This document shows, piece after piece, positions 16,575-27,301 of a DNA stretch of 64,000 nucleotides (within the stretch, counting starts at the first letter, position 1; every line of letters begins with the position of its first letter). A program made the position numbers and the translations under genes. The notes under the pieces are model-generated. The model was not told the DNA's origin. It worked only from the letters and a program-made list of their open reading frames with translations, and did not search any database. Origin of the DNA: an uncultured Actinomycetes bacterium (lineage in GTDB: Bacteria; Actinomycetota; Thermoleophilia; UBA2241); assembly GCA_963755025.1 (NCBI GenBank), contig CAVWIH010000011.1, positions 32,001-96,000 of the forward strand, written 5' to 3'.

Positions 16575-17225
16575 CTACCTCGCCACGATGACCCGTGCGG
16601 GCCGCAGCAGCCTGCCGTGCAGCAGGTAGCCGGGCTCGAGCACGGCGACGATCGCGCCCTCGTCGAACTCGTCGGATTCTTGCGCGACGACCGCCTCGTG
16701 GACGTTGGGGTCGAACGGCAGCCCCGGTTCGGCGGGCACCTCGTCGAGGCCGTGGCTCTCGAGCACCGAGCGCAGCTGCCCGGAGACGATCTCCACACCC
16801 TTGATCAGTTGCCCCTCTTCGTGGCGCTCGGCCGACTCGAGGGCGCGCTGCATGTTGTCGAGCACCGGCAGCAGCGATTCGAGCACGCCCTCGCCGGCGC
16901 GCAAGACGAGCGCCTGGTTGTCGCGCTGCATGCGCTTGCGGTAGTTCTCGAACTCGGCCTTGAGACGCTGCAGGTGGTCGAGGTACTGGTCGCGCTCGGC
17001 CAAGGCCGCGCGCAGCTCGTCGCCCGCCGCCGGGTGCAGCTCGATGACCGGCTGCGCGCCGCCCTCGGGCTCGATGGGGACCGTGCGATCGCGAGACGAC
17101 GCCGCCGCCTTGACGTCGGCCGCGTCGGACGGCTGGTCGGCCGCGCCCTGGGGAGCGGCGTCGGCCTCGTGGTCGCCGCGCTTGCCCTGGCTGCGCCGGT
17201 CCTTCTTGTCGTGGGGTGTCGTCAT
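16575..17225 (-). CDS. grpE: Nucleotide exchange factor GrpE
   Basis: [38 protein letters not shown]. Confidence 0.96.
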   Translation of the reverse strand: MTTPHDKKDRRSQGKRGDHEADAAPQGAADQPSDAADVKAAASSRDRTVPIEPEGGAQPVIELHPAAGDELRAALAERDQYLDHLQRLKAEFENYRKRMQRDNQALVLRAGEGVLESLLPVLDNMQRALESAERHEEGQLIKGVEIVSGQLRSVLESHGLDEVPAEPGLPFDPNVHEAVVAQESDEFDEGAIVAVLEPGYLLHGRLLRPARVIVAR

Positions 17226-17408
17226 CGTCTGGTCGCCCTCTGTCGTGATCGCCTGATCGTTTTGGTCGTTTCGGTCGTACGTGTCGGCTGTGCGGTCGTG
17301 CCTTCGTTCGCGCGGCCCGGCGGCGCGGCCGGGCGGCGGTGACGCCGCCCGGCCGGCGGTCGGCTGCGGCCCGGCGCCCGCCGGGCCGTCGTGCCTGCCG
17401 CCCGCGCG

Positions 17409-17865
17409 TCAGGCCTTGGCCGCCATCGCCTCGACGGTGGCCGCCGGCTTGACCTCGATGCGCCGCGGACGCTCCGGCTTCGGACTTGGGCACGGTGACC
17501 TGCAGGACACCGTCTTCGTAGGTGGCCCTGATCTCGTCGGCCTTCACGCCCTGCGGCAGGGCGAGGCTGCGCTGGAACGAGCCGTAGCGACGCTCGACGC
17601 GGTAGTAGCGCTGCTCGTCGACCTTGTCTTCGAAGGTGCGCTCGCCCTTGACGGTGAGCACGTTGTCGTCGACCTCGATCTGGATGTCGTCGACCTTCAT
17701 GCCGGGCAGCTCGGCCTTGAGCACGACGGCCTCTTTGGTGTCGAACACGTCGACCGCCGGTACCCAGCTCTCGGGACGCCCCGACCACAGCGAGTCGGCG
17801 AGCCGGTTCACCTGGCCCTGCAGGTTCGTCATTTCGCGGAAGGGGTCCCATCTGATGATCGCCAT
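17409..17865 (-). CDS. Hsp20/alpha-crystallin family small heat-shock protein (frameshift near 3' end)
   Basis: [49 protein letters not shown], then PRRIEVK. Confidence 0.93.
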
Positions 17866-17976
17866 GTGTCCGTTCTCCTTTCCGGTCGCTGCCCGCCGGG
17901 CCCGGATGGGCCCGGCGGCCTCGACCTTCGGCCTGCTCGCGTGGGTATGACGCGGCGCCTTTACGTTGCTGTCTGC

Positions 17977-19885
<1,909 letters not shown>

Positions 19886-19905
19886 ACGTCTGCCTCCTTG
19901 GCGTT

Positions 19906-19960
19906 CTTCAGTCCTAGTTAGTCGAGAGCCATAATAAAATCTGAGTCTATCTGTGTCAAG
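19906..19960 (-). promoter_or_regulatory. dnaK operon promoter (TTGACA-N17-TATTAT) with two HAIR-like HspR operators
   Basis: Minus strand CTTGACA-N7-ACTCAGA (19960-19940) and CTCGACT-N7-ACTGAAG (19926-19906) versus HAIR consensus CTTGAGT-N7-ACTCAAG; -35 at 19959-19954, -10 at 19936-19931. Confidence 0.85.
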
Positions 19961-20154
19961 TTATTGCCGATGAAGGCCCGGCTCCAAACCGGGGTCGAGC
20001 CCTCAAACGGCCACGCAGAGGGGCCTTCTGGAGCCTGCACAGAGTGCCTCTCGACCGGACCTCTAATCGCGCGGCAAGTCGCGTCTAAGCGCCGCGCGAC
20101 GACGGCCTTGGCGGGGCCTGTCGGGCCGTGTCGGCCCGCAGCTATAATCAGCTC

Positions 20155-21429
20155 ATGAGCGATGATCTGCGCAGGGTCGACGACGCTGGGGCTGCTCCAC
20201 CGCAGCCGCCAGTCACGGGCACGCTCGTCGTGCGGCGCTGGGTGCAGCTCGCCGTGCTGCCCGTGCTGCTCATCGTCGCCTGGCTGACGCTCGGCAAGAT
20301 CGGCGAAGCCGTCTTCATCTTCATCGTCGCTACCCTGCTCGCCCTCGCGCTCAACCCGTTCGTGCACGCGCTGCAGCGCATCAAGGCGCCGCGGGCGGTG
20401 GCGGTAGCCGTGGTCTACCTCGTCGCCGTCGGCATACTGGCCGGCGCGATCGCCCTCATCATCCCGCCGCTCGTGCGCCAGATCCGCGCGCTGCTCGACG
20501 CGCTGCCGGGCATGGCCCAGCAGGTCGGCGCCGGCGTGCACGGCCTGCAGAGCCTCGCCGACCGCTTTCACCTGCGCATCGACGTCTCCAAGGAGCTGCA
20601 GAGCGGCGCCAAGTCGGTGGCGACCTACCTGCTGGGCGCCTCGCGCAGCCTGCTGGGCATCGGCGTCTCGGTGGCCCGCACGGTCACGATCAGCGTCATC
20701 ATCGCCGTGATCTCGATCTACATGCTGCTCGACGCCAAGCGCATCGGGCGCGTCATCGTCGAGCACTTCCCCACCGGCTCACAAGACGACGGCGCCGCCT
20801 ACGTCGCGCTCACCCAGAGCGCCGTGGTGAAGTACCTGCAGGCCCAGCTGCTGCTGTCGGCGGCCATCGGCACCGGCACCGGCCTCACCATGTGGGTGCT
20901 GGGCGTGACCGGCGTGTTCCCTTCGGGCTCCAAGTACGCCATCGCCTTCGGCGCGTGGGCCGGCCTCACCGAGGTCATCCCCTACCTCGGCCCGGTGCTG
21001 GGCGCCATCCCGCCGGTGATCGTCGCCCTGCTGCACGCGCCGCTCACCGCCGTGTGGGTGATCATCGCCTACGTCGGCATCCAGGAGATCGAGGGCCATA
21101 TCGCCGCGCCGCTCATCATGGGTACGCGCTTTCGTGTGCACCCGCTGGTCGTCATCTTCGCCGTGCTGATCGGCAACCAGCTCCACGGCATCATCGGCAT
21201 GTTCATCGCCGTGCCGCTCATTCCGCTCGCCCGCGAGACCTGGATGTTCTTCCGCGCGCGCGTGCGGTTCGAAGGCTGGCAGAACACCGTGCTCGACGTC
21301 ACCGGCGGGGGGCGCCGCGACGACCCGCCGGCGTCGATCGTGGGGCCGGGGCCGGCCGCCCCGCCCGGCGCACCCGGCGGGCTCGGCGCGGCGGCGCAGC
21401 CCGACCCGGCGGGATCTTCCGACACCTGA
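20155..21429 (+). CDS. AI-2E family transporter
   Basis: Multiple TMs, LALALNP.V, IPYLGP, QEIEGH..P.IMG...VHPLVV...G.IGMFIAVP. Confidence 0.9.
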   Translation: MSDDLRRVDDAGAAPPQPPVTGTLVVRRWVQLAVLPVLLIVAWLTLGKIGEAVFIFIVATLLALALNPFVHALQRIKAPRAVAVAVVYLVAVGILAGAIALIIPPLVRQIRALLDALPGMAQQVGAGVHGLQSLADRFHLRIDVSKELQSGAKSVATYLLGASRSLLGIGVSVARTVTISVIIAVISIYMLLDAKRIGRVIVEHFPTGSQDDGAAYVALTQSAVVKYLQAQLLLSAAIGTGTGLTMWVLGVTGVFPSGSKYAIAFGAWAGLTEVIPYLGPVLGAIPPVIVALLHAPLTAVWVIIAYVGIQEIEGHIAAPLIMGTRFRVHPLVVIFAVLIGNQLHGIIGMFIAVPLIPLARETWMFFRARVRFEGWQNTVLDVTGGGRRDDPPASIVGPGPAAPPGAPGGLGAAAQPDPAGSSDT

Positions 21430-21804
21430 GACGCCCCGCCGGGTCGCGTGCACGCCGGTTTCCGTCGTGGGCAAGGGCCTGTATTGCCGAAACGGCTGCC
21501 GAACCGGCAAATGTGTTGCCGCAACCTACGCATCCGGGAACAGTAGGCATACACTGAGCGCTCCAGCCTCTTTGGCTTGTGATGCTCCGTTCATGGGGGG
21601 AGCAGCCGGGCGGCCGGGGCGCAGCTCCGGAGCGCCAGTCTGTTATGACTGCGAGGTGATGCGCGGCCCGACGAGGGCGTTTTTGTGACTTCCTTGATTC
21701 TCCGGTCGTTCGGCGTACCCGTTTTCGCCGGCCGCCACGGCGGGTGCACCGCACGGTAGCTCGTCAATCCGGATTCCTTTAGCGATGCAAGGAGTGGACA
21801 AAGC

Positions 21805-23193
21805 ATGGCCTCATCAGCACCGGTCCAGATCGATCGCCAGCTCATCGCCGAGCTCACCGACAAAGAGGAGAAGCGCCTCGAAGACGCGACACCCAAGTCG
21901 TTCGAGCTGTATCAGCGGGCCGTCAAGTCGATGCCCATGGGCGTCGCCTCCACCTACCACGCCCGCGACCCCTACCCCGTCTACTTCACCCACGGCAAGG
22001 GCTCCCACATCTTCACCGTCGACGGTCAGGAGCTGCGCGACTTTCACAACGGCTACGGCTGCATGGTGCAGGGCCACGCCAACCCCATCATCATCGAAGC
22101 CATCCAGAAGCGCGCCCCGCTCGGCACCCAGTTCGGCCTGCCCACCGAAGACGGCATCATCATGGCCGAGCACCTCGCCTCAGCCTTCAAGCTGCCCAAG
22201 TGGCGCTTTGTGAACTCGGGCTCCGAGGCCACCATGGACGCCATCCGCGTGGCCCGCGGCTTCACCGGTCGCGAGCCCATCGTCAAGATGTTCGGCTCCT
22301 ACCACGGCCATCACGACTACGTCATGGTCTCGATCGGCGTCAAAGACTTCGGCCAGATCGGTCCGCGCGACAACTACAAGTCGTTCTCGTACGGCGCCGG
22401 CATTCCGCAGTCGTCTATCGACCTCACCATCCCGGTGCCCTTCAACGACCCCGAGAACATGGTCAAGCGCATCGAGCGCGAGGTCGCCGAGGGCCGCACG
22501 CCGGCCGCCCTCATCATGGAGCCCGCCATGATGAACATGGGCGTCATCCTGCCCGAGCCCGGGTTCCTCGAGGCCGTCCGCGCCGTCACCAAGAAGCACG
22601 GCATCGTGCTCATCTTCGACGAGGTCAAGACGGGCATCTGCACGGCTCGCGGCGGCGCGGTCGAGCGCTGGGGCGTCGTGCCCGACATGATCTGCCTGGG
22701 CAAGGCCGTCGCCGGCGGCACGCCGTGCGGCGTGATCGGCGGCAACGACGAGGTCATGAACGCGATCCACGAGGGCACCGTCTTCCAGGTCGGCACCTAC
22801 TCCGGCAACCCACTCTCCATGGCCGCCGCCCGCGCCAGCTTCGAGCAGGTCATGACCGACGACGCCTACGCCCACCTGAACTACCTGAACGACCGTCTCA
22901 TCACCGAATGCGACGCGATCTGCAAGAAGTACGACTTCCCGGGCTACACGGTCGGCATCTCGTCGAAGGGCTGCGTCAACTTCGCCGCCGGCCACATCAA
23001 CGACTACGAGTCGTTCATCAAGTACCAGGACCACGAGCTCGTCGCCCTGGCGTGGCTGTACAACTTCAACCGCGGCGTGATCATCGCCCCCGGTCGCGAA
23101 GAGGAATGGACCCTGTCCATTCAGCATAGCGACGAAGACATCGACCTCTACGTCAACGCCTTCGAGGACCTCGTCCGCGACGTGACCGCCTGA
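21805..23193 (+). CDS. Class-III PLP aminotransferase (glutamate-1-semialdehyde aminomutase-like)
   Basis: RFVNSGSEAT, GSYHG, LIFDEVKTG, PDMICLGKAVAGG, GTYSGNP; AAGGAG RBS. Confidence 0.9.
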   Translation: MASSAPVQIDRQLIAELTDKEEKRLEDATPKSFELYQRAVKSMPMGVASTYHARDPYPVYFTHGKGSHIFTVDGQELRDFHNGYGCMVQGHANPIIIEAIQKRAPLGTQFGLPTEDGIIMAEHLASAFKLPKWRFVNSGSEATMDAIRVARGFTGREPIVKMFGSYHGHHDYVMVSIGVKDFGQIGPRDNYKSFSYGAGIPQSSIDLTIPVPFNDPENMVKRIEREVAEGRTPAALIMEPAMMNMGVILPEPGFLEAVRAVTKKHGIVLIFDEVKTGICTARGGAVERWGVVPDMICLGKAVAGGTPCGVIGGNDEVMNAIHEGTVFQVGTYSGNPLSMAAARASFEQVMTDDAYAHLNYLNDRLITECDAICKKYDFPGYTVGISSKGCVNFAAGHINDYESFIKYQDHELVALAWLYNFNRGVIIAPGREEEWTLSIQHSDEDIDLYVNAFEDLVRDVTA

Positions 23194-23211
23194 CCACCCG
23201 ACCAGCGCGAA

Positions 23212-23312
23212 ACGCGCCTGCGCGCCGCCGCGAGGCGGCGCGCAGGCGCGTCACCAACGAAAGCACCGCCCCGCCGGCGCACCTCGAGCCGGCGGGGCGG
23301 TGCTGTTTTTTT
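23212..23312 (+). terminator. Perfect 18-bp hairpin (GCGA loop) followed by intrinsic terminator
   Basis: 23212-23251 stem-loop; 23262-23304 AGCACCGCCCCGCCGGC/GCCGGCGGGGCGGTGCT then T-run to 23312. Confidence 0.85.
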
Positions 23313-23322
23313 GTCTCCCCGC

Positions 23323-24276
23323 CTACCAGGACCAGTCGTCGGCCGCAGCCTCGCTCTTCCAGCCCGCGCCCTCGCCCGGGTCGGCCGGCGCCGGACCGGC
23401 GGGCGGCACGGGCTGCGGGTCGTGCAGGTGGTCGAACGCCCAGTCGATGCCGCTGCCGTCGGCGCCGATCTCGGGCGCCGGAGCGCCCACGCGCACGACC
23501 TCGTCGCGCACGCTGTCGCGGTGGCTGCGCAGTCGCGCGTCGTCGGGCGGCCGGGCCGTGCGTTCGCCGCTCGTGAGCAGCACCTTGGCCTGGCAGAACT
23601 TGCCCAGGATGGAGATGACGGTGACCTCTTCGAGGTGGCTGGCCGCGGCGACCTCGTTCACGGTGCGCTCGTCGTCGATGAGCGTGAGCACGTGGAACTC
23701 GTCGCGCCCCATGGGGATGGGGTGGCGCGGCAGCGTCTCGTAGTCGCGGTTGTGCACCAGCACGGTGTTGGCGGCGCCCACCAGTTCGAAGGCGGCGACG
23801 TAGTCGGCGCCGACCGCCGACACCTCGATCAGCACGCTCTGCGTGTCGATCGTGATGTAGTCGACCGGCTCGGCTGTGTCGTCGATGACGAACATGAACG
23901 TGCCGGCCTGCGTGGTCGTCTTGACGGCCAGGAAGGTGTTGGCCACCTGGCGCGAGAGCACCTCGCGCAGGTCGTCTTCGGCCACGAAGCCGCGCCCCAC
24001 GAGGATGGTGCCGATGGGCCGGGGGTCGCTCTCCTGCTCGCGCAGCGCCTGGTCGAGTTGCTCCTCGGTGACCAGCGAGCGCTTGATGAGCAGGCTGCCC
24101 AGGACCGTGTCGGCGTAGACGCGCGTGGAGTCGCGCGTCTCGGCGATCCGGCCCTGCACGAAGTGGACGTCGATCTGACGCTCGGCGCACTCGATGTGGA
24201 GCGTGCCCGAGCGCCGGACCCTGCCCAGCATCTGCAGGACCTCGACGACGCTGAACGTGTCCAGGGTGCCGTGCAT
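23323..24276 (-). CDS. DUF4388 domain-containing protein
   Basis: MHGTLDTFSVVEVLQML...RSGTL; LGSLLIKRSLVTEEQLDQAL and IGTILVGRGFV MshEN-like repeats. Confidence 0.78.
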   Translation of the reverse strand: MHGTLDTFSVVEVLQMLGRVRRSGTLHIECAERQIDVHFVQGRIAETRDSTRVYADTVLGSLLIKRSLVTEEQLDQALREQESDPRPIGTILVGRGFVAEDDLREVLSRQVANTFLAVKTTTQAGTFMFVIDDTAEPVDYITIDTQSVLIEVSAVGADYVAAFELVGAANTVLVHNRDYETLPRHPIPMGRDEFHVLTLIDDERTVNEVAAASHLEEVTVISILGKFCQAKVLLTSGERTARPPDDARLRSHRDSVRDEVVRVGAPAPEIGADGSGIDWAFDHLHDPQPVPPAGPAPADPGEGAGWKSEAAADDWSW

Positions 24277-24304
24277 GACTACTGCGAGTGTATACTCGCC
24301 CCTG

Positions 24305-24986
24305 ATGAGAGTCGACCTGCACGTGCACACCTACCCGGCGTCGAGGTGCTCGTCGATCGCCTACCGCGACTTCATCGCCCACTGCCGCACGCAGCGCGTG
24401 CCGGCCATCGCCCTCACCAACCACGGCGACGTCGGCGACAACCGGCGCCTCGAAGGCCCGCTCGCCGAGGTCGGCACTGTGCTGGTCCACGGCGTCGAGA
24501 TCTCGACGCCGAGCGGCGACTTCATCGTCTACTCGCCCGACCTCGACTACCTCGCCGGGTTCCGCGCGGAGCAGGGCGTGCCCGAGGCCGGCTCCATCGC
24601 CGCCGGCGCCGCCGTCGTGTGGGTGCACCCGGCCGCCGGCGGCGGGCGCAGCGGTTCGCCGTACCGCGCCGGCCTGGGCGACGAGCTCGCCCCGCTGATC
24701 GACGCGATCGAGGTGTGGAACGGCAACTGGCCGCAGCGCCGCTTTGTCGACACCGCGGCGCGCCTGTGCCACCGGCTGGGCCTGCCCGCCGACCGCCGGC
24801 AGCGACGCCCATCGCGTGGAGCGACTCGGGGTGTGCGCCACCGAGGTGCAGGGCGAGGTGCGGTCGACCGCCGACGTGGTCGCCGCCATCAAGGCCGGCG
24901 CGATCGGGGCCGTGGGGCCCGCCGCCGGCCGCGGCCCGGGCCGCCTGTTCGAGCCGTTCAGACGCTCGCCGACGAAAGGACTCTGA
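24305..24986 (+). CDS. PHP-domain protein (frameshift near 24790)
   Basis: VDLHVHT, ALTNH, GVEIST, VHP, IEVWNG, AGSDAH. Confidence 0.85.
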
Positions 24987-24987
24987 C

Positions 24988-25392
24988 GTGATCACACTCT
25001 CGCTCGAGACCCGCGACCGCGTGACCCTGGTCGACGTGACCGCGCTCGTGGAGCAGGCCCTGGCCGGCAGCGGCCTGCGCGAAGGCGCGGTCGTGGTGTT
25101 CTGCCCGCACACGACGGCCGGCATGACCATCAACGAGAACGCCGACCCGAGCGTGCGCCGCGACCTGGCGATGGCCCTTGAGCGCCTGGTGCCCCAGGAT
25201 CTGCCGTTCGCCCACCTCGAGGGCAACTCGGACGCCCACATGAAGGCGTCGATGATGGGCAGCAGCGTGACCGTGCCGGTCGAGGCCGGCCGCCTGGCGC
25301 TCGGCACCTGGCAGGGCATCTACTTTGCCGAGTTCGACGGCCCCCGCCGGCGCCACTTTATGGTGCAGCCGCTGAGCGGACCGCGCGCCTAG
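24988..25392 (+). CDS. yjbQ: YjbQ/UPF0047 family protein (secondary thiamine-phosphate synthase)
   Basis: HTTAGMTINENADP.V..D, HLEGNSDAH.K, LGTWQGIYFAEFDGPR. Confidence 0.92.
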   Translation: MITLSLETRDRVTLVDVTALVEQALAGSGLREGAVVVFCPHTTAGMTINENADPSVRRDLAMALERLVPQDLPFAHLEGNSDAHMKASMMGSSVTVPVEAGRLALGTWQGIYFAEFDGPRRRHFMVQPLSGPRA

Positions 25393-25424
25393 GCAGGCCG
25401 GCGCCCCGCACGGCGGTGCTGGCG

Positions 25425-25498
25425 CGGGCCAGCGGCCCAGCGCGCGCTCGGGCCAGCGGCCCAGCGCGTGCCCGGGCTAGCGGCCCAGCGCGCGCTCG
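25425..25498. repeat. 24-bp tandem repeat x3 overlapping the 3' end of the peptidase gene
   Basis: CGGGC(C/T)AGCGGCCCAGCGCG(C/T)GC(T/C) at 25425, 25449, 25473. Confidence 0.85.
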
Positions 25499-26979
25499 AG
25501 GTGGAGCTCGAGCGGGCGCGTGTCGAGCCTGCCGCCGCCGTTCTTGAGCAGGAGCTGGTCGGCCGAGTAGTGCTGCCCGGTCGACCACAGGCCCTTGAGC
25601 CAGGCCCCGGCGGCGGGGTCGGAGAACCACTCCATGCCGTAGTTGTCTTGCAGGAGCATGCGCAGCGCGCCCTCGAGCATCCAGGCGCGCAGGTAGTTGG
25701 AGGCGTAGAAGCCGTCGTCGATGTCGACCAGGTAGTTGGCCTGCGGCACCTCGAACTGCACGGCTTCGGAGAGCAGCGCGCCGTAGCGGCCCGCCATGGC
25801 GTCGAGCGAGCCGGTCTGCTTGTGGAACTCGGTCTCGTAGGCGAGCTTGCCGGCGTAGCGCCGTAAGAAATAGAGCTCGACCAGGTTGGCGAAGGTGAGG
25901 TAGTCCTGCGACTCGGCGAAGTCGAGGTAGGTCTCGAGCCAGCGCGGGTTGAGCGTGAGGTGGTCGAAGACGAAGGCGAAGCCCTCGGTGACCGCGTTGT
26001 CGCCCAGAAAGCGGAACTCGAACGGCAGGGCGGGGTCGGTGTGGGCGAAGTGCTCGGTGTGGCCGCCCTCGTGGAGGAGCGCCTGATAGTCGTCTTGACC
26101 GCCCTTGGGCATGACCACCAGGTAGATCTCTTCGGGTATGCGCACCGGCGCGCAGAAGGCGCGCGGCGTCTTTAGCTCGCGGACCTCAGCGTCGACGTGC
26201 ACGTTGCTCTGCTCGGCGAGCGAGACGCCCATGCCGCGCAGCGTGCGTTCGAAGGTGGGCAGCAGGTTGTCGCTCGCGAAGATGTGGTCGTATTCGGGGG
26301 CGCGCACGAGGTAGGGCAGGTCGGACTGCTCGAGCTCGGTGCGCGACAGGCCGAGCTTGGCGCGGGCGACTTTGTCGAGGGTGCGCTGATAGAGCCCTTC
26401 GGTGGCCTGCAGGAACATCTGGGTGGCGCCGCGCAGCATGCCGAAGTCGACGGCGCGGACTTCGGAGAACAGCTCGGAGTAGGTGGGGTAGCCGAGGTCG
26501 CCGACGAGCTCGTGCAGCCGCCGCCAGCGCTGGTCGTAGAGCGGGTTGAGGACCGCCGCCGTGTAGTCGAGCCGGGCGGTGTGGATGCGGCGCCGGCGGT
26601 CGCGATCTGGTTCGTTGGCCTGCACGACGCTGGAGTAGCGCAGGCCGATCTGCTCGCCGTCGACGTCGATCTTGGCGCGCGATTCGGTGTTGGCGATGTC
26701 GTCGGAGATCTCTTTGGTCTCGTTTCCCAGAAAGCCTTCGATGCCGAGGTTGAGCAGGAACGAGAGCTGACGGCGGTCGTCGGCGGCGACGGAGGCGTCG
26801 TAGTGACGGCGCAGCGTACGCACTGCGTCGAGGGTGAACAGGTCGGGGTAGCGGTCGTAGACCGCGGTGAAGTCGCAGTCGGGCTTGAGGCCGGCGAAGT
26901 GGTGATAGGCCTCGAGGTCGAGCGCGCCGGTGAACTCTTCGGCGCGGCGGCGGTAGTCGGCGAGATCGAACGTTGCCAC
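25477..26979 (-). CDS. M3-like zinc metallopeptidase
   Basis: HEGGH zincin motif, downstream E in VTEGFAF, K.PRAFC; AGGAG RBS before GTG. Confidence 0.75.
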   Translation of the reverse strand: MATFDLADYRRRAEEFTGALDLEAYHHFAGLKPDCDFTAVYDRYPDLFTLDAVRTLRRHYDASVAADDRRQLSFLLNLGIEGFLGNETKEISDDIANTESRAKIDVDGEQIGLRYSSVVQANEPDRDRRRRIHTARLDYTAAVLNPLYDQRWRRLHELVGDLGYPTYSELFSEVRAVDFGMLRGATQMFLQATEGLYQRTLDKVARAKLGLSRTELEQSDLPYLVRAPEYDHIFASDNLLPTFERTLRGMGVSLAEQSNVHVDAEVRELKTPRAFCAPVRIPEEIYLVVMPKGGQDDYQALLHEGGHTEHFAHTDPALPFEFRFLGDNAVTEGFAFVFDHLTLNPRWLETYLDFAESQDYLTFANLVELYFLRRYAGKLAYETEFHKQTGSLDAMAGRYGALLSEAVQFEVPQANYLVDIDDGFYASNYLRAWMLEGALRMLLQDNYGMEWFSDPAAGAWLKGLWSTGQHYSADQLLLKNGGGRLDTRPLELHLERALGR

Positions 26980-27173
26980 GCGCGTGTCTCCTAGAGGAAG
27001 GGGTTGGGACGCCCGGACGGACGACCCTTGCCCGCTTGACGTATGTGCCCGTGCCGGCACTCTACCAGACCGTCCATACGAAATCGCGACGAGGGCGGAG
27101 CCTCAAGGTAGACAATTGCGCGAGAGCGCGCCGACGCCCGCGCGACCCCGCCCGGCGCCCTCCCCGGAGGAGC

Positions 27174-27255
27174 GCCGGAGCGCTCTCGCGGCACAGCCGG
27201 AGCGCCGTCGCGGCGCAGCCGGAGCGCGCTCGCGGCCCAGCCGGAGCGCGCTCGC
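27174..27255. repeat. 22-bp tandem repeat x~3.7, intergenic
   Basis: GCCGGAGCGC-NN-TCGCGGC-N-CA at 27174, 27196, 27218, 27240. Confidence 0.85.
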
Positions 27256-27301
27256 CGCCCGGGCGACGCACCGCCGCGGCGCCTGAGGTACACTGGCCGC
27301 C

